Below, in pieces: positions 58,242 to 64,000 of a stretch of DNA of 64,000 bases. Location: the NCBI GenBank assembly GCA_963843575.1, contig CAWJKZ010000013.1, positions 96,001 to 160,000 on the forward strand, read 5' to 3'. Made by a program: the position numbers and the translations under genes. How positions within the stretch are numbered: position 1 is the first letter of the stretch; every line of letters starts with the position of its first letter. Below the pieces are notes generated by a model that searched no databases, was not told the DNA's origin, and saw only the letters and a program-made list of their open reading frames with translations. This DNA is from an uncultured Acidobacteriota bacterium (GTDB lineage Bacteria > Acidobacteriota > UBA6911).

Positions 58242-59647
58242 CGGATCCCCAGGGCGCCAATAGCGCGGTTCGTGGCGGCCTCGGAGCCGCGGTCGGGGGA
58301 CGGCGACTGAAGAGAACACTTGTGTTTGAGAGGGTGCTGATCTACGCGGCGGCGGGCTTCGGGATCATCGGGCCCGGGTTCGGGTTCGTCCAGACCGGTC
58401 CACTCAAGCTTTACCCCTTTCGCGTATTGCTGCCCGCCGTGTTTGTGCTGTTCGCCATACGGACGTTGAGCAGCCGGTTTCCAGAGTACGTCCGAAGCCC
58501 CTCGGTGAAGCGCTTCCTTTGGTTTCTTGCGGCCTGGTGGACGTACGCCGTGGGATCCACGTTGTGGGCGGCGGACAAGGGGCTGGCCGTCCAGAACATC
58601 CTGCTGCTCTCTGTCGGGATCACCCTGGAAGCGGTCATCGTCTACTACATCGGCTCCATGCGCCAGTTGCGGCGACTCTGCGACGTGTGGCTGCTCGTTT
58701 CCGCACTCGCCATGGCGGTAGGTGTCTGGGAGACCGTGACCGGCGACCACCTTGCAGTGTCGGGCTACGTCTTGGAGGAGAACTATTTGAGCCGGTTCTC
58801 CCCTTCCGCCTTCTTTTACAACAAGAACGATCTCGCGACGTTTATCGCCTTGACCGTCCCCTTTGCCCTGGTCTGGATGTTCCATGCACGCAGGCGCGGT
58901 CCGCGCTTCATGTGCGCCGTCCTGCTGGTTGCCTCAGCCTATGTGCTGGTGCAAACCAAGTCGCGCGGCAGCGCGCTGGCCGTGGTCCTCGAACTGGGCT
59001 GCCTGTATGTGTTCCGGCGACCCTACCGAAGCGCCTGGAGGCTGGCGGTCGCCGTGGCGGTGTTCCTGTTGCTGGGGGTGTCCGTATGGGTCGGCATCGA
59101 CACCACGGGTGAGGAAGGACTGCTCGCACGCTTTAGCGAACTGCGCGAGGATCTGGCGCCGGACAGCGTGAGATACAACCTCTACCGGAACGTGCCCTGG
59201 TTCGTGCTTCGGTCGTATGGTCTCGGGGTGGGTGCGGGCAACGCCGAGTATCACCTTGAGCATCAACCCTTGTACGACACGTACGGCTACTACAATGTCC
59301 ACAACTGGTGGCTCGAGATCGTCACGAACTACGGCCTCCCGGTGTTTTTCCTGTACGTCTATTTCTATCTCAAACTCGGGGGGGAACTGATCAGAACGCA
59401 GCGGCGGAGTCGGACTGCCACGGGGAAGATGGTCGGCCGCGCCCTGGTAGCGGGCTGGATCGGATTCTCCGTCGCCAGCCTGAGCTCAAGCTCGATCATG
59501 CCGTTTGTGCCCCAGTGGCTCTTCTGGGGGGTCGCGCTGGCCTATCTCAACGTGTCCGCAGCCAGCGGAGTCGACCCCAGGCGGAAGGCGCCCCGGCCAC
59601 GAACCGTGGAGAGGCTGGCGGCCGCTCCCTCACCGAACACCGGTTGA
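58238..59647 (+). CDS. O-antigen polymerase / ligase-family membrane protein (Wzy-like)
   Basis: Multi-TM; N.ND.A; SRG; GVGAGN; HNWWLE...YG; GTGA overlap with wzx. Confidence 0.75.
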   Translation: MTDPQGANSAVRGGLGAAVGGRRLKRTLVFERVLIYAAAGFGIIGPGFGFVQTGPLKLYPFRVLLPAVFVLFAIRTLSSRFPEYVRSPSVKRFLWFLAAWWTYAVGSTLWAADKGLAVQNILLLSVGITLEAVIVYYIGSMRQLRRLCDVWLLVSALAMAVGVWETVTGDHLAVSGYVLEENYLSRFSPSAFFYNKNDLATFIALTVPFALVWMFHARRRGPRFMCAVLLVASAYVLVQTKSRGSALAVVLELGCLYVFRRPYRSAWRLAVAVAVFLLLGVSVWVGIDTTGEEGLLARFSELREDLAPDSVRYNLYRNVPWFVLRSYGLGVGAGNAEYHLEHQPLYDTYGYYNVHNWWLEIVTNYGLPVFFLYVYFYLKLGGELIRTQRRSRTATGKMVGRALVAGWIGFSVASLSSSSIMPFVPQWLFWGVALAYLNVSAASGVDPRRKAPRPRTVERLAAAPSPNTG

Positions 59648-59669
59648 GTCAACCGCCGCGCCCCGGAGG

Positions 59670-59987
59670 GCTGACGGCTCCGTCAATAGAAATCTCCTAG
59701 TGTTGGTTGCTGGAGGATCTGGTGGCTTAAAAGCCAAAACAGAACGCAGATTCCGCGGATTCAACGGATTCACGCGGATCGGACGCGGCCTCTCGCCAGG
59801 TCGATCCGTGGGGATCCGCGCGCATCCGCGTCCTGAAAAATACGTCAGCGTATTTGTGGACATCATACTTAGGGTCTGTCCCAGCTGACGGCTCCGCTAA
59901 TAGAAGTCTCTTATCGTTGCTTGCTGAGGATCTGTTGGGTCGGGAGCCGTCAGCAAAATGTGGAGTTATTCTTGCGCGAACCCTTAG
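59670..59987. mobile_element. Nested repeat cluster: family A element (59729-59872) between two family C direct repeats, ending in a family C terminal repeat
   Basis: GCTGACGGCTCCG..AATAGAA.TCTC...GAGGATCTG at 59670-59721 and 59884-59934; terminal repeat 59942-59987 matches 31165-31209. Confidence 0.75.
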
Positions 59988-60036
59988 CTTGGGTTCGGGG
60001 CATCGATCGGGCGAAAGCAGTGTATACTTTTCGGCC

Positions 60037-61200
60037 ATGGCGGTATCGTCTGAGCTGATGACCAAGCCCTCACCCGGCGTCCGGCAGGACTACAGGATAT
60101 GCCGGCGCTGCATCATGGATACCTCCGATCCCGGCATCGTGTTTGACGCCCAGGGCGTCTGCAACCGGTGTCGCGAGTACGAACTTCGCCTTCAGCGCTA
60201 CGTGCTTCCGGCGGAGCGGCGCGAGGAGGCCCTGAATCGTCTGGTCGAGGAAATCCGCGCACGCGGCCGGTCCCTTCTCTACGACTGCATCATCGGGGTC
60301 AGCGGAGGGGTCGACAGCACCTACGTCGCCTATCTGGTCAAGGCGCTCGGGCTGCGCCCGCTCGCGGTCCACCTGGACAACGGCTGGGATTCCAACCTCG
60401 CGGTCACCAACATCGAGAGGGCGCTCAGGAAACTGGGGATCGATCTGTTCACACACGTGCTCGATTGGGAGGAATTCCGGAACCTGCAGCTCGCGTTTCT
60501 CAAGGCATCCACCCCCGATTCCGAGATACCCACCGACCACGCGATCATGGCCGCTTTGATGCACAAGGCCCGGAAGCTCGGGGTCAAGTACATCATCTAC
60601 GGCAGCAACGTCCTTACCGAGGGACTGTACAGCCCGGAATGGTCTCAGGGGCACTACGACTGGAAGTACATCAAGAGCATACACGCGCAATTCGGAACGG
60701 TCCCGCTCCGGCGCTTCCCGCACATTACGCTGGCGCAGTATTGTGTAGACCGGTACATCAGGGGGCGGCAGTTTGTCAGCATCCTCAACTACGTCGCCTA
60801 CGACAAGGCCGCCGCCGTCGACACCATCCGGCGCGAGCTGGATTGGCAGCCGTACGAGGGCAAGCACCACGAGTCGATCTACACGCGCTTTTTCCAGAGC
60901 TACATCCTTCCGCAGAAGTTCGGCGCGGATAAAAGGCGCATGCACCTGTCGGCTCTGATCGTCTCCGGACAGATGGTTCGCGAGGAAGGGCTCAGGAGGG
61001 TAGCGGCTCCGCCGTGCTCCCCGGAACAACTGGCAGAGGACAAGGTCTACGTCTGCAAGAAGCTCGGCATCGGCAGGGAAGAGTTCGATCGGATCATGGC
61101 GCTGCCGCCGAGGAGGTTCTGGGACTACCCTTCCAACGAGAAATCAACCGTCATCCAATGGTATCGAAGACACAGATCGCTCTTCCCGCAGCAGAGGTAG
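60037..61200 (+). CDS. N-acetyl sugar amidotransferase (second WbpG/WbuX paralogue)
   Basis: CRRCIMDT.DP; SGGVDS; HLDNGW; KHHES; TATACT -10 just upstream. Confidence 0.88.
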   Translation: MAVSSELMTKPSPGVRQDYRICRRCIMDTSDPGIVFDAQGVCNRCREYELRLQRYVLPAERREEALNRLVEEIRARGRSLLYDCIIGVSGGVDSTYVAYLVKALGLRPLAVHLDNGWDSNLAVTNIERALRKLGIDLFTHVLDWEEFRNLQLAFLKASTPDSEIPTDHAIMAALMHKARKLGVKYIIYGSNVLTEGLYSPEWSQGHYDWKYIKSIHAQFGTVPLRRFPHITLAQYCVDRYIRGRQFVSILNYVAYDKAAAVDTIRRELDWQPYEGKHHESIYTRFFQSYILPQKFGADKRRMHLSALIVSGQMVREEGLRRVAAPPCSPEQLAEDKVYVCKKLGIGREEFDRIMALPPRRFWDYPSNEKSTVIQWYRRHRSLFPQQR

Positions 61201-61255
61201 ACGGAGGTGCCTCTCGCAGGCCAGCCGTCCCCGCGCCCGAAGTCCCGGAGCGCCG

Positions 61256-62467
61256 ATGATTTCCCCACCGCATGTGTGCATTGTCACGACGGCGCACCCG
61301 CTGGACGACGTCCGCGTTCACCACAAGGTCGGGCAGTCGCTCAAAGAAGCCGGATTCAGGGTCACGTGGGTGGGGCCGGATTACGCCTTCTTCGATCAGG
61401 AGTGCCGGGCAAGGAACCATTATCAGTACCGGCTGTTCAAGCGCCGGCGAGGGATCCCGGGCAGGATCGCGGCCTGCCGGACGGTGTCGGCGCTTGCCGC
61501 CCGGGTTCCCGACGTGGACGCGTACTACGCCCCGGACCCAGATTCTGCCGCAGTCGCGGTGCGGGTCGCCCGGCGCATCGGCGCGCGGGTCATCTTCGAT
61601 GTCCACGAGATGTACCACGAGGCGATGCTTCAGCGCTGGGTCGGCGAGAAACTCGGCCGGCTGCTCGGGCGGGCGGTCGTGGCGCAGATATCCCGGACGT
61701 GTTCCCGGTCGGACCTTGTCATGGGGGTCAGCGCCTCGGTCGTGGAACCGTATTCCCGGACGCAGACGGAAAAGATGGTGGTGCGGAGCTTCGCCCCTTC
61801 GTGGTTCGCCCGGGATCGGGCGGCCGATGTGTGCGGACCCGCCCGCGCGCGGTTCACCCTGATGCACGGGAAGAGCAACCTCCAACGCGGGACCGGGCTG
61901 GTGCTCGAAGCGGCCCGCCTGGCCAGGCGAGAGGTGCCCAACCTCCGTTTCGTCATGCTCTCCAACTTCATCGAGGCGGAGAATTTCACTGGCGAGGATT
62001 TTGCCGCCCGGGTCGCGGAGTTCGAGTTACGGGACGAGATCGACCTGCAGCCGGGCGTGCCGATGGAGGCGATGCCGGCGATTCTGAGGCAGTGTGACGT
62101 CGGCCTCATTGCGTACGGACGCTCGCTGGGGGAGGACAGCCTGCCGAACAGGCTCTTCGAGTACATGGCGGCCGGGCTGGCCATTATGGCCCCGACCTAT
62201 GCCCGCGAGATCGCCCGGATCGTCGAATCGGAAGGGTGCGGCCTGCTGGTCGATTTCGAAAAGCCCGAGACGGTTGCCGCCGGCATCGTCTACCTGCGCA
62301 ACCGGCCCGAGGAGTGCAGGGCCATGGGGAGGCGGGCCAGGGAGGCCTTCCTGAAGCGGTACAACTGGCAGGTTGAGATCCAGCCGGTTCTCGAACGAAT
62401 CCGTCGATGGCACCGCCAGGGCCCCCGGGGGGGGACGCATCGTGGCGAAGCGGAGTCGAAATGCTGA
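61256..62467 (+). CDS. Glycosyltransferase family 4
   Basis: TTAH..DD.RV; FDVHE; PNRLFEYMAAG. Confidence 0.85.
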   Translation: MISPPHVCIVTTAHPLDDVRVHHKVGQSLKEAGFRVTWVGPDYAFFDQECRARNHYQYRLFKRRRGIPGRIAACRTVSALAARVPDVDAYYAPDPDSAAVAVRVARRIGARVIFDVHEMYHEAMLQRWVGEKLGRLLGRAVVAQISRTCSRSDLVMGVSASVVEPYSRTQTEKMVVRSFAPSWFARDRAADVCGPARARFTLMHGKSNLQRGTGLVLEAARLARREVPNLRFVMLSNFIEAENFTGEDFAARVAEFELRDEIDLQPGVPMEAMPAILRQCDVGLIAYGRSLGEDSLPNRLFEYMAAGLAIMAPTYAREIARIVESEGCGLLVDFEKPETVAAGIVYLRNRPEECRAMGRRAREAFLKRYNWQVEIQPVLERIRRWHRQGPRGGTHRGEAESKC

Positions 62468-63033
62468 GGCGCCTGCTCAATCATTGTCGCAACTGGCTCA
62501 TGTTCGGCTTAAGGTACCGCTGGGTGAAGCACGGTCGCAACACCCACTGCCAGGCCAGCACCCGGTTCTGGTCGCCTCACAAGCACATCGTCCTCGGGAA
62601 CGACGTCGGTATCGGCTACCGCTGCCTTTTTCAGAGCGACACCGAGATCGGGAACCAGGTATTGATCGCCTCCGACGTCGCCTTCGTGAATTCGGACGAC
62701 CACGTCTATCGCACGGTGGGGCGCCGCATGTGGGACTCGGGACGCGGGGACAAGTATATGATCGTGGTCGAGGACGACGTCTGGATCGGTCACGGGGCCA
62801 TCCTGCTCTCGCCGGCGCGCGTCGGGCGCGGCGCGATCGTCGCCGCCGGGGCGGTCGTGACCCGTGACGTCCCGAGGTACGGAATCGTGGGGGGCAATCC
62901 CGCCAGGCTCATCAAGATGCGTTTCACCGAGGACGAGATCGCCGAACACGAGCGGATCCTGGGAATCGGTGAACAGGGAGGAGCCTCCGGGCCCGCGCGC
63001 TCGGTGTCGGGCCGCGAGGGGGACGAGCAGTGA
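62461..63033 (+). CDS. Hexapeptide-repeat (LbH) O-acyltransferase
   Basis: VEDDVWIGHGA..L....VGRGAIVAAGAVVTRDVP.Y.IVGGNPA. Confidence 0.88.
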   Translation: MLRRLLNHCRNWLMFGLRYRWVKHGRNTHCQASTRFWSPHKHIVLGNDVGIGYRCLFQSDTEIGNQVLIASDVAFVNSDDHVYRTVGRRMWDSGRGDKYMIVVEDDVWIGHGAILLSPARVGRGAIVAAGAVVTRDVPRYGIVGGNPARLIKMRFTEDEIAEHERILGIGEQGGASGPARSVSGREGDEQ

Positions 63034-64000
63034 CCATGGACATCCCGCAGCACTCCGCACCGGCGCTTCCCCTGCACGAGGGTGCGGCCGGACCACCGGT
63101 GCGAGTCGCCTTCCTCACCCTGGTTTTCTCTCCCGACGGGGTTTCGACATCAACGCTGGTCACCGCGCTGGCCGTCGGGCTGAAATCGAGGGGACACGAC
63201 GTAAGGGTGCTGACGAGCACTCCCCATTACAATTTCGAGCCGGAGACGAGGGCGGAGCAGCCCCTGCGGTCGAAGTGGGGCAGACTCCTCTTCCAAAGCG
63301 ATTGCCAGGGCATCCCGGTCCTGCACGCGTCAATACCCGCCAAGGCTTCCCGCGTGGGGTCCCGGATCTTCGACTATGTCAGGTTCCACGCGATCACCAC
63401 GATTGCCGGCCTCACGGTGCTCGGTCGCCCGGACGTGATCTTTGCCCCCTCGCCCCCCCTGACCATCGGGCTTGGGGCCTGGCTGCTAGCCCTGCGCTGG
63501 CGCGTCCCGTTCATTTATAACGTCCAGGAGATATACCCCGACGTGGCCGTGAGCCTCGGGGTGTTGCGCGGCCGCACCGTTATCCGCTTGCTCGAGGTGC
63601 TCGAGAAGTTCATCTACGCGCGCGCCGCTTCTGTGGTGACGATAAGCGAGAGGTTCCTCCGCAAGCTGATCGACAAGGGCGTAGCGCCCTCGAAACTCCT
63701 CGTGATCCCGAACTTCGTCGACACGGAGGGACTCCAGCCGGGCGACCGCAGGAACGATTTCTCGGCGCGCCACCAACTGGACGGCAGGTTCGTGGTGCTG
63801 TACGCTGGAAATATCGGACTCACCCAGGGATTCGAGACCGTTCTGGCGGCCGCAAGGCAGCTCGAACCGTTCGAAGACATCGTCTTTGTCATCGTCGGGG
63901 ACGGGGCCCGCCGCTCCTGGCTGGAAAACGAGCTGGCGCGAGCCTTGCAACGGAACGTCCTGTTGCTGCCCTACCAGGCGAAATCCGTCGTGGCCCTGAT
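63030..64000 (+). CDS. WbuB-like glycosyltransferase family 4 (runs off the window; absent from the ORF track because no stop is reached)
   Basis: Hand-translated: FLTLVFSPDGVST..., VLTSTPHYN, SPPL, YNVQEIYPD, YAGNIG..QG, VGDG. Confidence 0.85.
   Translation, partial: MTMDIPQHSAPALPLHEGAAGPPVRVAFLTLVFSPDGVSTSTLVTALAVGLKSRGHDVRVLTSTPHYNFEPETRAEQPLRSKWGRLLFQSDCQGIPVLHASIPAKASRVGSRIFDYVRFHAITTIAGLTVLGRPDVIFAPSPPLTIGLGAWLLALRWRVPFIYNVQEIYPDVAVSLGVLRGRTVIRLLEVLEKFIYARAASVVTISERFLRKLIDKGVAPSKLLVIPNFVDTEGLQPGDRRNDFSARHQLDGRFVVLYAGNIGLTQGFETVLAAARQLEPFEDIVFVIVGDGARRSWLENELARALQRNVLLLPYQAKSVVAL

Noticed and set aside
60039-60052. GGCGGTATCGTCTG resembling an ops/JUMPstart element
   Set aside because: Mismatch in the core, lies within the probable coding start, and no RfaH-like gene is seen.

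Overview
GC-rich bacterial chromosome segment. Gene content (sulfatase-TPR, MacAB-type ABC components, DUF5666, M14 peptidase, MttB and UroD-family methyltransferases) suggests an Acidobacteriota-like, possibly facultative or anaerobic heterotroph; this taxonomy is inference only. From 1 to 35 kb it is a mixed metabolic region: GltD-like oxidoreductase, Tat-exported Gfo/Idh/MocA, GH16, MttB, malectin, sulfatase, MFS, lower Weimberg-pathway pair, EgtB/OvoA-like sulfoxide synthase, a frameshifted MacA/permease operon, a giant GH42-like protein, NlpC/P60, beta-CASP nuclease and M14 peptidase. From 35.9 to 64 kb it is a large Wzx/Wzy surface-polysaccharide locus that runs off the right edge. That locus has a WbpL(GT4/MraY-like)-WbpM(4,6-dehydratase) fusion, two N-acetyl-sugar amidotransferases, HisH/HisF paralogues, a C-methyltransferase-like gene and an SDR-DegT-metallophosphoesterase-ATP-grasp module. 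Intergenic regions carry several REP/MITE-like repeat families, often abutting NTAG sites at gene ends. A chimeric ORF (phage-tail-like plus PilZ-like) sits at about 27-28 kb. I found no rRNA, tRNA, CRISPR array, transposase, integrase or reverse transcriptase.
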